From the NCBI GenBank assembly GCA_963664875.1, contig OY761611.1:1408001-1472000 (forward strand): a stretch of 64,000 nt of DNA, written 5' to 3'. The DNA comes from Candidatus Kapaibacterium sp. GTDB taxonomy: Bacteria; Bacteroidota; Ignavibacteria; Kapaibacteriales; UBA2268. Below are positions 1 through 20,553 of the stretch, piece after piece. A program made the translations under genes and the position numbers. The notes below the pieces were generated by a model. The model was not told the origin of the DNA. It saw only the letters and a program-made list of their open reading frames with translations, and searched no databases. The first letter of the stretch is position 1, and each line of letters begins with the position of its first letter.

Positions 1-44
1 ATTAAGGGGTTGTTTGTTAATTAAGGGTGAGATGATCTCAACCT

Positions 45-1499
45 ATGGAACTTTACGTATTAATAACCTACTTTTTGGCTTTGACTGTTCTTTTCACTTT
101 CGGTATTCATGGACTGATACTATTGTATTATTACAGAAAAACCGGTGGAAATGCAATTCAAGACTTAAAGTTAGACGAGGGTAACGCACCTAATGTTACC
201 ATACAGTTGCCTCTCTTCAATGAGATGTATGTGGCTGAAAGACTTATTCGTTCAGTTTGTGCCATCAATTATCCTAAGGATAAACTCGAGGTGCAGGTTT
301 TAGATGACTCAACGGACGAAACTCAGGAACTTTGTAAGACATTGGTAAAAGAATATCAAGACAGAGGTTTTGATATTAAGTATTTACACAGAACAGACAG
401 AAGCGGCTACAAAGCAGGTGCTTTGAAAGAAGGTTTGGCTGTCGCCAAAGGTGATTTTGTAGCTATTTTTGATGCTGACTTTGTACCTAAACCTGAGTTT
501 TTAGAAAAAACTATCCCACAGTTTAATGCTGATAATATCGGTATGGTTCAAACTCGTTGGGAGCATCTTAACGAAGATTACTCCTATCTGACAAGAGCTC
601 AGGCACTTGCTTTAGACGGACACTTTGTTATCGAGCAGCAGGTCAGAAACAAGGCAGGATTCTTTATCAATTTTAACGGTACTGCCGGAATCTGGAGAAA
701 AGAGTGTATCATTGATGCGGGTAACTGGCAACCGGATACACTTACTGAAGATTTGGATTTGAGCTACAGAGCACAACTCAAAGGCTGGAAGTTTGTTTTC
801 CTAAATGATGTTACTTCTCCGGCTGAGTTGCCGGCAGACATCAACGCACTGAAAACTCAGCAATTCCGCTGGACTAAAGGTGCAGTGGAAACAGCTATTA
901 AAACACTGCCTTCGGTATTCAAATCCTCGCTTTCCTGGAAAATGAAGTTTGAGTGCTTCGTACATTTGACAAGCAACATAGTGTTTCCTTTTATTATATT
1001 GGTAGCACTGCTTAATGTACCTATAGTGGTTATCAAAAATCACATCGGTGGTTTTGACGAGTTTTACTCGTTGATGTCTATCTTTGTGCTTGCTTCTATC
1101 TCTACTTTCCTTTTCTATTCGTTTGCACAAAAAGCAATACATTTAGATTGGCAAAGGAGATTGCTGCTCTTCCCTGTTTTCTTAGCAGGAAGTATGGGGC
1201 TGGCAGTAAACAACACAAAAGCCGTATTAGAGGCTATAATTGGTAAAAAAACAGGTTTTGCCCGTACTCCTAAAGGCGGTATCATCAAAAAATCCGATAA
1301 ATGGAACAAAAAGAAATACGGCGAAAACCGAATTAGTGCTATAGTTGTTATCGAGTTGCTCCTTGCGGCATATTTTGTAATTGGGATAGGCATTTCTGCT
1401 TATTATTTGGAAATAGCTGCTATTCCATTCCAATTTATGTTTCTAATGGGCTTCGGTACTGTTGGTTATCTTTCTTTGAAGCATGCTTTAGGAAAATAA
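45..1499 (+). CDS. Glycosyltransferase family 2, cellulose-synthase-like, membrane-bound
   Basis: VLDDSTD, YKAGAL, FDADF, LTEDLD and QQFRW (D,D,D,QxxRW) motifs; N- and C-terminal hydrophobic helices. Confidence 0.92.
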   Translation: MELYVLITYFLALTVLFTFGIHGLILLYYYRKTGGNAIQDLKLDEGNAPNVTIQLPLFNEMYVAERLIRSVCAINYPKDKLEVQVLDDSTDETQELCKTLVKEYQDRGFDIKYLHRTDRSGYKAGALKEGLAVAKGDFVAIFDADFVPKPEFLEKTIPQFNADNIGMVQTRWEHLNEDYSYLTRAQALALDGHFVIEQQVRNKAGFFINFNGTAGIWRKECIIDAGNWQPDTLTEDLDLSYRAQLKGWKFVFLNDVTSPAELPADINALKTQQFRWTKGAVETAIKTLPSVFKSSLSWKMKFECFVHLTSNIVFPFIILVALLNVPIVVIKNHIGGFDEFYSLMSIFVLASISTFLFYSFAQKAIHLDWQRRLLLFPVFLAGSMGLAVNNTKAVLEAIIGKKTGFARTPKGGIIKKSDKWNKKKYGENRISAIVVIELLLAAYFVIGIGISAYYLEIAAIPFQFMFLMGFGTVGYLSLKHALGK

Positions 1500-1532
1500 G
1501 CCAAATAGAACTATGTAGAATATATTTGAATT

Positions 1533-1574
1533 AAAAAGGAAGTAGAATCAATATGTTTGGTTCTACTTTTTTTT
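1533..1574 (+). terminator. Intrinsic terminator after GT2 gene
   Basis: AAGTAGAATCAA...TTGGTTCTACTT stem followed by T-run. Confidence 0.7.
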
Positions 1575-1741
1575 GTGTATATGGTGATATGACATATCTA
1601 TTCCACCCTAGTAAGAAATAGACATATCATGTAGTTCGTCAGCATTTATAACGTAGCAGTTTATTTTAGCATAAGGCTATTGGAATAGTCTTTAGATGCG
1701 TTTTAAACTACACTAATTTTTTAACACAATATTATAGTCCT

Positions 1742-2002
1742 ATGGCAAAAAAACAGTGTCAGAGTTGCGGGATGCCCCTAAAATTAGATTCTACCGGTTG
1801 GGGTACTAACGCTGATGGTTCGAAAAGTAGCACTTTCTGTATTATGTGCTATGAGCATGGCAATTTTACTAAGCCGGAGATCAATAGCGGTGAAAAAATG
1901 CAGCAATTTGTCTTCGAACTTCTTAGAGCTAAGCATATTCCTAAATTTCTGGTAAAGCTTATGATTAGAGATATACCCAAATTAGAGAGATGGAGTAAGT
2001 AA
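1742..2002 (+). CDS. Zinc ribbon domain protein (Zn_ribbon_2-like)
   Basis: CQSCGMP...GTNADGSKS..FCIMCY..G.F and C-terminal IPKLERW. Confidence 0.85.
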   Translation: MAKKQCQSCGMPLKLDSTGWGTNADGSKSSTFCIMCYEHGNFTKPEINSGEKMQQFVFELLRAKHIPKFLVKLMIRDIPKLERWSK

Positions 2003-2104
2003 ACCACTAAGTTTTTGCAAATATGACAAACAAAAAATTCCATAAGAAGGAATTTTATGATAATTTTGAAGAATATGATTAACTAAATTTTTAAAGAGGA
2101 TATT

Positions 2105-3190
2105 ATGCAAATAGGTATCGTTGGTTTGCCTTTTTCCGGTAAGACTACACTTTTCCAAACTCTTGCACAAATTCATTTAGATCAGTCTGCACTACAAAAA
2201 AGAGATACTAATCAGGCAATTGTAAAAGTTCCTGACAGCCGATTGGATAAACTAAATGCTATATTTAACCCAAAAAAATCAGTAAATGCTACGATTGAAA
2301 TGGTTGATCTTGTCAGCGTTTCTAAAGGTGACAGAAATTCTAATCAGTTCGCAGGACAGTTCCTCGGAAAGGTGAAAACTAACGACGCATTATTGCATGT
2401 TGTTCGTGGTTTCGAAGACGACTCTGTGCCACATTCGGAAGGCTCTATTGACATTTGGAGAGATATTGAGACTTTAGAAGAAGAATTTATGTTTATAGAT
2501 TTGGAATGGTTAGAAAACAGATTCGACAAACTTGACAAAGATTTAAAAAAACCTAAGACCAAAGAGTCTGCGGCTAAAGAAATTGAAGCAATGAAAAGAT
2601 GGAAAGATGCTTTAGAAAACGGCACACCGCTAAGAGAACTCGAAATGTCTGCTGACGAAATCGGCTACATTAAAAATTATGCTCCTCTTACTGCAAAACC
2701 ATTGTTGATTGCAATTAACCTTTCTGAAGAAAATGTAGCTAATGCTGCCAAAATTGTAGAAGAAGTTAAATCCAAAATCAAAGGTGAACATGTCAGAGTA
2801 GAGCCTTTCTTCGCTAAAATCGAATTAGAGCTTTCTCAGTTAGATGATGAAGAAAAACAGATTTTTATGGATGAATACGGTTTGACGGACTCTCCTTTGG
2901 ACAGGATGATTCGTGGCGCATACGAGCTTTTGGGCTTGCAATCTTTCTTTACTGTTGGCGAAGATGAAAACAGAGCTTGGACAATTAAAAAAGGTTCTAC
3001 AGCTCAGGAGGCTGCAGGAACTATTCATACGGATTTCTACAACAAGTTTATTCGCGCTGAAGTTACTGCTTATGCAGACTTTATGGAATTTGGCTCGTTT
3101 GTAAAATGTAAGGAAAACGGCAAATTCCGATTGGAAGGCAAAGAGTACATCGTTCACGATGGCGACATTATGAATATCAGACATGGTTAA
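2105..3190 (+). CDS. ychF: Ribosome-binding ATPase YchF
   Basis: IGIVGLPFSGKTT P-loop, VPDSRL, FFTVGEDENRAW, EGKEYIVHDGD; GAGG SD upstream. Confidence 0.93.
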   Translation: MQIGIVGLPFSGKTTLFQTLAQIHLDQSALQKRDTNQAIVKVPDSRLDKLNAIFNPKKSVNATIEMVDLVSVSKGDRNSNQFAGQFLGKVKTNDALLHVVRGFEDDSVPHSEGSIDIWRDIETLEEEFMFIDLEWLENRFDKLDKDLKKPKTKESAAKEIEAMKRWKDALENGTPLRELEMSADEIGYIKNYAPLTAKPLLIAINLSEENVANAAKIVEEVKSKIKGEHVRVEPFFAKIELELSQLDDEEKQIFMDEYGLTDSPLDRMIRGAYELLGLQSFFTVGEDENRAWTIKKGSTAQEAAGTIHTDFYNKFIRAEVTAYADFMEFGSFVKCKENGKFRLEGKEYIVHDGDIMNIRHG

Positions 3191-3326
3191 GTCATCAATG
3201 ATATAGAGGCTTAGGATTTTATATTCTAAAAATATATTAGTGTGATTCAGGCAATTAGCATTTGAAGGAATCACATTTTTATTATATCTCTTCAATTAGC
3301 GTTAGGATGTCCGATATATTATGGTC

Positions 3327-3368
3327 AAAAAAAAATCAAGCGATAAAACTAAATTGTCTTATCGCTTG
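3327..3368. terminator. Terminator between convergent ychF and response regulator
   Basis: A-run + CAAGCGATAA...TTATCGCTTG inverted repeat. Confidence 0.65.
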
Positions 3369-3415
3369 TAAAATTTTTGCTATTTAGGAGTCCTTGCCTC
3401 CACCCAAATACAGAA

Positions 3416-4081
3416 CTATTCGAAATCTTCGTGCATACCTGATTTATATATCATACGAATGATACCTACGGTACTTTTTACTTCAAGTTTTTTCAAAATG
3501 TTCTTTCTGTGTGTTTCTACTGTTCGAGGGCTAATTTCAAGTAATTTAGCAACTTCAGAAGAAGTGTATTCCTGATTGAGGTATTTGATTATTCCTTTCT
3601 CTCTGTCAGTCAGAGTGTCAAGCTTTTCTCTGGCTTCTATCATTTCATCATTTTCATGATTGCCAAAATCATTAAGAATTATGTCTATAGTGCTGACGCT
3701 GCAATAGTTTTTGGCTACAAGCACCTGCCTGATAGAATTCAGTATTTCTTCTTTAGAATCTGATTTTAGGAGAAAACCATTTACTCCAAGTTTAAGAATA
3801 GATTGGATAAACTTAGGATTGTTTTCGCCGGTAAGGATAACAATTTTCAAATCTTGAGATTTCTTTTTTAGCTTTCTGATGAGCTCTCTAATATCAGTGC
3901 CCGGCATTATAGCATCGAGAAGCAAAACATCCGGGTATTTACTTTCGATATTGTCTAATACTTCAGCGCCATCACGGGAAATACTTACTACTTCGTAATT
4001 ATCTACACTACTGATATACTCGGAGAGTAATTTTGCTACTAATTCATGATCATCAGCTATTGCTACTTTGATTTTTTCCAT
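3416..4081 (-). CDS. NarL/FixJ-family response regulator (REC + LuxR HTH)
   Basis: ADDH, LLDAIMP, GFLLK receiver motifs; LTDRE...ISPRTVETHRKNILKKL HTH. Confidence 0.92.
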   Translation of the reverse strand: MEKIKVAIADDHELVAKLLSEYISSVDNYEVVSISRDGAEVLDNIESKYPDVLLLDAIMPGTDIRELIRKLKKKSQDLKIVILTGENNPKFIQSILKLGVNGFLLKSDSKEEILNSIRQVLVAKNYCSVSTIDIILNDFGNHENDEMIEAREKLDTLTDREKGIIKYLNQEYTSSEVAKLLEISPRTVETHRKNILKKLEVKSTVGIIRMIYKSGMHEDFE

Positions 4082-4223
4082 AGTAAAGCTCGGTGCTTAT
4101 CTAAATAATAAAGTTCAATAACTACAAAATACGTTAGTTGAACAAAATATCCAAAAAAATAATGATAAATAGGTAATACTACTTAGAAAAATACCAAATA
4201 AACCTATTTTTTTTAAAAAATAT

Positions 4224-4913
4224 TTATAAATCGCCTATTTTTTTTAGTGTTCTGTCCATCATAAGATGCTTCTCTGCATTCAAAGCTTCGCAAGAATTAT
4301 CTCCATAATCTACATGAACTTTGCCAATATTACGAGCAACACTAAGCGCTATAGTGTGTAGATACTTACTTCTACCACCAATCATAAAAATACAATTATT
4401 CATAGCATCTTTTACAAAGTTTTCCTGAGATTGGAGCTGAGACTCGATACTGTATAGATAGGGTTCAAAATATTCATCATTTAACTTTTTGTTATTTTTA
4501 GCAATCTCATAAAGCATCAGGTAGCCGCATCTCTTTTCTGTGTCGTCGTTGCTTTGTGTCCATTTTTCTGCCAAATTTTGCAAAAAAGTAACTTTCGGCA
4601 TCAATACACTACAATAGGTATGGGCAAGCATCCAATAGTTCAAATCATTTTTTTGTTGATTTACCTGCTCCTCGCTTACCTTTTTTGGATCCTCGAGCAT
4701 AATTGAAAGTAATTTGCAATCTAAATAATCCTCATTCCACAATTCGAGTGCAAGTTCGTGATTTTTGCCAAGGTCTTTAGCTATTTTTTTCAGTTGAGTC
4801 AGTCCAATTCCGAAGGATTTGATGTTCTTTGCAGGAGAAGTCCTTTCCCAAATTGCAATGCCTCTTTCGTTTTTATTTTCTTCTAAAATCTTATAAATAT
4901 CCTGAACATTCAT
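4224..4913 (-). CDS. DNA alkylation repair protein (AlkD-like family)
   Basis: FGIGLTQLKKIAK..GKNHELALELW, VKDAMN, IGKVHVDYGDNSC motifs. Confidence 0.8.
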   Translation of the reverse strand: MNVQDIYKILEENKNERGIAIWERTSPAKNIKSFGIGLTQLKKIAKDLGKNHELALELWNEDYLDCKLLSIMLEDPKKVSEEQVNQQKNDLNYWMLAHTYCSVLMPKVTFLQNLAEKWTQSNDDTEKRCGYLMLYEIAKNNKKLNDEYFEPYLYSIESQLQSQENFVKDAMNNCIFMIGGRSKYLHTIALSVARNIGKVHVDYGDNSCEALNAEKHLMMDRTLKKIGDL

Positions 4914-4973
4914 ATTGTTGCCGTCAATAATACTTAATCTGATAAGGAATATTACGTATGAGTAAGTCTCATA

Positions 4974-7082
4974 TTATCTACACATTTTAGTAACTCGAAT
5001 ACTTATCCTTCTGTTTTGCTTTCTGATATTTTCAATCTCATCTCTACTGAGTTTTACTGATTCTTCATAGCTTGGTTCTTTTACTTTAGGCATGGTCGCT
5101 CCCAAGCCTACTGCACCTATTATTCGTTCTTGGCTAACCCCTTGCTCCACTAACCATTCCCGAACTCTTCGTGCTCTTTGCTCCGATAGCCTTTGGTTTG
5201 TAAACGTATCGCCTTCGCTCGAAGCATGGCCTTCTATAATTATTTCCATATTGTCGCATTGATTGATATACTCAAGCATTTTAGCTAAGCTTTTAGCTGT
5301 CTTTTCGTTACTAAAATCAAATCTGCTCGAATTCACCAAAAAATGCACATCAGGAAAATCAGTACGAATTGTTTTCAGAGGTTCTGCAGGGCATCCGTTT
5401 TTTCCTCTTTGCAAAGAGTGAATTCCTGCTAAAAGCGGGCAGTCATCAACTCCGTCTATAATATCATCGAAATCAGTATCGGCATTTAGAGGGTCAGTTT
5501 TTGTTACATTAATTTCTTCAAAATCAGTCAGCATATCTGAATCTGTATCTATAAGTTTCGGGTTGGTTTTATGCAACTCTACCTCAAGACCGTCCGATAT
5601 GCCATCATCATCAGTGTCAAGGCTAAGCGGATTTGTTTTGTGAATTAGTATTTCGTCGTAGTCGCTTAACCTATCCTCATCAGTATCTTTCTCTAAAGGA
5701 TTGGTCATATATTTCAAAACCTCATCACCGTCGGAAAGCCCGTCTGAGTCAGTATCAGCTAGCAAAGGATTAGTCATATATTCGAACACTTCCTGTCCGT
5801 CTTTCAGAAAATCATCGTCAGTATCAGCAATATTCGGATCAGTTTTATATACAAAAAATTCCTGATAATCATCTAATCCGTCTCTATCTGTATCGATTAG
5901 AAGGGGATTTGTAAAAGATTTATTTATTTCATCACCGTCAGAAATTCCATCATTATCAGTATCTGTAAGGTTAGGATTGGTTTTTTTATGATAAATTTCA
6001 TCCCCATCACTTAAGCCATCGCTGTCGGTATCTGAAAGCAAAGGATTTGTATGGTGAAGTGTGATTTCGTCACCGTCAATAATTCCGTCTTCGTCTGTAT
6101 CTGCTCTTGCCGGATTGGTTGTTCTGGTAACCTCCTCTCCGTCATTCAATCCATCGCTGTCGGTGTCTGCCATAAGAGGATTCGATTTGAAAATATTTAC
6201 CTCTTCATAATCAGATAGATTATCTTTGTCAGTGTCAATATCCATAGGATTAGTTCTATATTTTCTGACCTCTTCGCCGTCGTCTAATCCATCGCTGTCG
6301 GTATCCTCTTCATAGGGATTAGTTCCAAGTTTTTCTTCTTCAGAATTGGTAAGACCATCCGAATCAAAATCATCATTAGTGAAGAAATAATAGCTAAGCC
6401 CAAGTCCAAAAGTCATATACTTATCGTCAGAAGGACTATCCTCATGGGATAAGTCATCCAAATAGTCAGTCCCCGTAATTCTATATAAGGCTTTACCCGA
6501 AATAACAATATCCGGAGTAATATTAATTTCAAAACCAAAGCCTATAGGAAAAACTACTTTAGATTTATCGTATTTGCCTAAATAATTATTTGGGAGAGTG
6601 CCACCGTTACCGGAAGCTCCGGAGCGAGGTTCCCAATCTAAGTAAGAAATCCCTGCAATCAGTGAGGGCACTATATCTTCTTTAGTAAAAAAGTTATATG
6701 CAAAAAGCAAATCGAAGGAAGTGAGCCTTACATTGTTTTTAGGCTGTATTACTGACAAAAGAGTATTCCCGTTTCCATCAGTAAAGAAATCCCCGTATTG
6801 AGCTCCTTTACCGTAATAATCGTCATATCGATTGAGATAAACCAAATCAGTTTTGAATATCATTGTTCCTAAGCTAAAAGAGCCAATTACAGAAAATTCG
6901 TTGTAGATATTATATTTGATATAAATATCACCATTCAAGCCAAATTGATTATCTGTAAACTCTCCCCAATATTTTACAAAACCGGCATTGATACCTGCAG
7001 AAAGACGCTGTGCCTCACTTTTTGCAAAAACAGAAACAGGAAGTAAAATCAATATTAAAAGTAAAAGAGTGTATTTTTTCAT
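4974..7082 (-). CDS. OmpA-family outer membrane protein: N-terminal beta-barrel, about 14 bacterial TSP3-like Ca-binding repeats, C-terminal OmpA domain
   Basis: Signal peptide; TDYLDD barrel motif; repeated DTDxDGLxDGxE...TNP; IEGHASSEG..NQRLSEQRA...NRRI. Confidence 0.88.
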   Translation of the reverse strand: MKKYTLLLLILILLPVSVFAKSEAQRLSAGINAGFVKYWGEFTDNQFGLNGDIYIKYNIYNEFSVIGSFSLGTMIFKTDLVYLNRYDDYYGKGAQYGDFFTDGNGNTLLSVIQPKNNVRLTSFDLLFAYNFFTKEDIVPSLIAGISYLDWEPRSGASGNGGTLPNNYLGKYDKSKVVFPIGFGFEINITPDIVISGKALYRITGTDYLDDLSHEDSPSDDKYMTFGLGLSYYFFTNDDFDSDGLTNSEEEKLGTNPYEEDTDSDGLDDGEEVRKYRTNPMDIDTDKDNLSDYEEVNIFKSNPLMADTDSDGLNDGEEVTRTTNPARADTDEDGIIDGDEITLHHTNPLLSDTDSDGLSDGDEIYHKKTNPNLTDTDNDGISDGDEINKSFTNPLLIDTDRDGLDDYQEFFVYKTDPNIADTDDDFLKDGQEVFEYMTNPLLADTDSDGLSDGDEVLKYMTNPLEKDTDEDRLSDYDEILIHKTNPLSLDTDDDGISDGLEVELHKTNPKLIDTDSDMLTDFEEINVTKTDPLNADTDFDDIIDGVDDCPLLAGIHSLQRGKNGCPAEPLKTIRTDFPDVHFLVNSSRFDFSNEKTAKSLAKMLEYINQCDNMEIIIEGHASSEGDTFTNQRLSEQRARRVREWLVEQGVSQERIIGAVGLGATMPKVKEPSYEESVKLSRDEIENIRKQNRRISIRVTKMCR
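5436..6371 (-). repeat. Coding tandem repeat, about 14 x 22-23 aa DxDxDGLxDxxE-x-TNP
   Basis: Counted directly in the translation. Confidence 0.85.
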
Positions 7083-7236
7083 TCGCTTATCTTTTCAGTT
7101 TCCAATTGGTATAATAAACTCCAAACAGCTTAAAGTTTCAAAATTTAGCAAATTTTAACACTTTATCCAAATAGAGTTATTAGACTTTGAAGCTATGTAT
7201 ATGTTGCATCTATAAAATAGTAAATAATTGCATAAG

Positions 7237-7911
7237 ATGACTGGACAATGCTTGTATTATTCTTTTTAAAAAGAATTTGTGTTTCAATCAAGTACTTTTG
7301 CAAAAGATGCACGCATTCTTGATAGTCTCTCTAATTTACAGATAGATTATGAAGAATATGCCGTTAGCGACATATATCTTTCAATGTCAAAAACAGAATT
7401 ATTAAATTTAGCTTTTGAAGATGGTTTTTATTTAGTCGATTCCTCAGAAAACAATCTTACTGTTTCTTAATATGACCTTTTACGAGAGTTGTCTATTACA
7501 GAAAATCGGATTTTTACTTTCCTGAATAACAGATTAGTTAGATTCGACATTCACATTATATGCAGATACAATGTATATTTTTCAGATATGATAAGAGAAG
7601 CAGAAGTTAGGCAGGTCATCTTTTATTTAGTTCTAGATTATTCACACTACGACCTTGAGTTACAAAAAGATCTTTATACAAATTCTGGAGTCATAAAAAT
7701 TAAAGACAGGATATTCACTTTTGAAGAATTTAGAAAAAACAATATAGATGTAGATTTCTACAATGGTATTTTGGATGGAAGCATCTCTATTCAAAGTAAT
7801 AATAAAAAAAATCATAAGTATTATGACATAGGAGTAGCAAATTATACCTCGGATGATTCAATTAGTGGAGTTGCGGAGCTCCATATTACCCATGGATTTA
7901 TTGACCAATAA
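7237..7911 (+). pseudogene. Probable decayed gene for a hypothetical protein
   Basis: ATG 7237, ORF 7279-7470 and ORF 7489-7911 share one frame, broken only by TAA at 7267 and 7468. Confidence 0.45.
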
Positions 7912-7988
7912 TATCTCAAAAAAATCCCCACTCAGAAAAATATCCAAGCAGGGATTCAATTTATGTTTTAGTGCGTGGGGTTAATGTA

Positions 7989-9650
<1,662 letters not shown>

Positions 9651-9674
9651 TTAATCAAATTGTACAAAACAAAA

Positions 9675-9962
9675 TTAGTCATTGATAATAGCGAAAACGT
9701 CACTTTCACGCATCATCAAAAGCTCTTCTCCGTCCACATTGACTTCAGTACCGGAGTATTTTCCATAAAGCACTTTATCGCCTACCTTAACTTGCATTTC
9801 AATCAAATTGCCATTCTCAACTTTTCCTTTACCGGTAGCGATAATTTCACCTTGCATAGGTTTTTCTTTTGCAGTATCCGGCAAAATAATACCACCTTTA
9901 GTAGTTTCCTCTGCCTTTGCAGGTCTCACGATAATGCGATCATGCAATGGTTGTAGCGTCAT
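9675..9962 (-). CDS. groS: Co-chaperonin GroES
   Basis: [30 protein letters not shown]. Confidence 0.99.
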   Translation of the reverse strand: MTLQPLHDRIIVRPAKAEETTKGGIILPDTAKEKPMQGEIIATGKGKVENGNLIEMQVKVGDKVLYGKYSGTEVNVDGEELLMMRESDVFAIIND

Positions 9963-10018
9963 CTTTTTTCTCCCAAAAATTTGTGCTTACAAGTGAAAAA
10001 TATTATTTAGTAAAACTA

Positions 10019-10045
10019 TTAGCACTCTGTTTTATCGAGTGCTAA
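10019..10045. promoter_or_regulatory. CIRCE element (HrcA operator)
   Basis: Exact TTAGCACTC-N9-GAGTGCTAA, 56 bp upstream of groES. Confidence 0.95.
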
Positions 10046-10055
10046 CAATACAACG

Positions 10056-10088
10056 CAAATATAAAATATTTATTGCTATCGTACCAAA
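10056..10088 (-). promoter_or_regulatory. Bacteroidota-type housekeeping promoter of groESL
   Basis: Minus strand TTTG-N21-TATATTTG, just upstream of CIRCE. Confidence 0.7.
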
Positions 10089-10157
10089 TATTTTTTTATA
10101 TCCTCCAAAGATAATTTGAAGGCAATTTCCACATATTCTCTGGACTCCCATAAACGC

Positions 10158-10193
10158 AAAAAAGTCTGCATAAACTAATATACAGACTTTTTT
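10158..10193 (-). terminator. Terminator of rRNA operon 1
   Basis: AAAAAAGTCTG...CAGACTTTTTT inverted repeat just after 5S. Confidence 0.75.
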
Positions 10194-10202
10194 AAAAAAA
10201 GA

Positions 10203-10319
10203 ATCCGGCAGCGACCTACTCTTCCACGCAGTCACCCACGCAGTACCATCGGCGCAACAGGTCTTAACTACTCTGTTCGGAAAGGGAAGAGGTGTAGCCC
10301 CTGTGCCATAGCCACCGGA
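10203..10319 (-). rRNA. rrf: 5S rRNA (operon 1)
   Basis: CCGAAC and GATGGTACTG motifs; complementary termini TCCGGTGG/CTGCCGGA. Confidence 0.95.
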
Positions 10320-10438
10320 AAAAAAGATTTATATAAGGAAGTAAAATACGTTTATATAGAGCAAAAGGAATAAAGATGAAACAATATAATAATTTGTAAG
10401 TCTAAAGAGATTGGTATAACAACTCAAAACTATTATTA

Positions 10439-13253
<2,815 letters not shown>

Positions 13254-13453
13254 GAATTAGTTTTGAGTTGTTATACTAATCTCTTCGACGCAAATTATTA
13301 AGTTTCATACTTACATTTATATCTTTGCAGATACTTTTGGCTCTATTGTATTTTACTTTACTGCCTTTGTATGGGCAGTAACACCTTAATTGTCAAATAA
13401 CTTTTCAATTTTGTAAATTTTCTTACAGGAATGCGCTTAGCATCCATTGTTTG

Positions 13454-13526
13454 TGGATCTAAGCGGGATCGAACCGCTAACCTCCGGCTTGCAAAGCCGG
13501 CGCTCTCCCAGTTGAGCTATAGACCC
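13454..13526 (-). tRNA. tRNA-Ala(TGC)
   Basis: Cloverleaf, TGC anticodon, G3.U70 pair; CCA not encoded. Confidence 0.97.
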
Positions 13527-13540
13527 TGATTTCGCATATG

Positions 13541-13614
<74 letters not shown>

Positions 13615-13671
13615 ATAGTCTCTCATGCATTCTCAAAAAATAGGAAGCACGTCAATTATAAAGTACTCTTG

Positions 13672-15167
<1,496 letters not shown>

Positions 15168-15255
15168 TTATATAAAGAATTGTTATTCTCTGTTTATTTG
15201 CTTGTGAGTTTGATCACAAAAATTGTTTTACTCTTTTTAATTGACTGTGCTTCCT

Positions 15256-15268
15256 GTTTTCAAAGAAC
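15256..15268 (-). promoter_or_regulatory. boxA-like antitermination site in rrn leader (second copy at 20642-20654)
   Basis: Minus strand GTTCTTTGAAAAC upstream of the 16S processing stem. Confidence 0.6.
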
Positions 15269-15293
15269 GCCGATTCGCATTCAATTGCAAGTT

Positions 15294-15457
15294 CAAAATT
15301 AAGAACTTTTTCTGTTCTTCACAAATTAATATTTAAAAACTTAATCAGCCTCTTCAATATTAACTCGCCTTCATTACCTGCTTTCTTAGAACGTCTTTTC
15401 TTTCCCTTCATCGCGGGACAGAATTCAAAACTACGGACTTTTTTTTAAATCTCCAAA
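15294..15457 (-). promoter_or_regulatory. Two tandem Bacteroidota-type promoters of rRNA operon 1
   Basis: TTTG-N20-TAATTTTG (15294-15325) and TTTG-N20-TAGTTTTG (15426-15457). Confidence 0.8.
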
Positions 15458-15528
15458 TTTTATTTTTAGATTTTTTTCCGCCTCATAGTGCTGAAGTTTG
15501 ATCTCGCGTGAGATGCTTGCTTTAGAGT

Positions 15529-15563
15529 AAAAAACCCTTATCACTTTTGAAGTGAGAAGGGTT
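15529..15563 (-). terminator. Terminator of rRNA operon 2
   Basis: Minus strand AACCCTTCTCACTT-CAA-AAGTGATAAGGGTT-TTTT. Confidence 0.75.
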
Positions 15564-15579
15564 AATTCTCAATATTAGA

Positions 15580-15696
15580 ATCCGGCAGCGACCTACTCTT
15601 CCACGCAGTCACCCACGCAGTACCATCGGCGCAACAGGTCTTAACTACTCTGTTCGGAAAGGGAAGAGGTGTAGCCCCTGTGCCATAGCCACCGGA
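15580..15696 (-). rRNA. rrf: 5S rRNA (operon 2)
   Basis: Same sequence as operon 1 copy. Confidence 0.95.
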
Positions 15697-15825
15697 AAAA
15701 AAGATTTATATAAGGAAGTAAAATACGTAATATATAGAGCAAAAGTATAATAGAAGTAAGAGATGAAACAATATAATAATTTGTAAGTCTAAAGAGATTG
15801 GTATAACAACTCAAAACTATTATTA

Positions 15826-18639
<2,814 letters not shown>

Positions 18640-18839
18640 GAATTAGTTTTGAGTTGTTATACTAATCTCTTCGACGCAAATTATTAAGTTTCATACTTAC
18701 ATTTATATCTTTGCAGATACTTTTGGCTCTATTGTATTTTACTTTACTGCCTTTGTATGGGCAGTAACACCTTAATTGTCAAATAACTTTTCAATTTTGT
18801 AAATTTTCTTACAGGAATGCGCTTAGCATCCATTGTTTG

Positions 18840-18912
18840 TGGATCTAAGCGGGATCGAACCGCTAACCTCCGGCTTGCAAAGCCGGCGCTCTCCCAGTTG
18901 AGCTATAGACCC
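18840..18912 (-). tRNA. tRNA-Ala(TGC)
   Basis: Identical to 13454-13526. Confidence 0.97.
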
Positions 18913-18926
18913 TGATTTCGCATATG

Positions 18927-19000
<74 letters not shown>

Positions 19001-19057
19001 ATAGTCTCTCATGCATTCTCAAAAAATAGGAAGCACGTCAATTATAAAGTACTCTTG

Positions 19058-20553
<1,496 letters not shown>

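Noticed and set aside
5436-6371. Periodic DNA resembling a CRISPR array
   Set aside because: Degenerate 66-69 bp in-frame protein repeats within the OmpA gene; no cas genes
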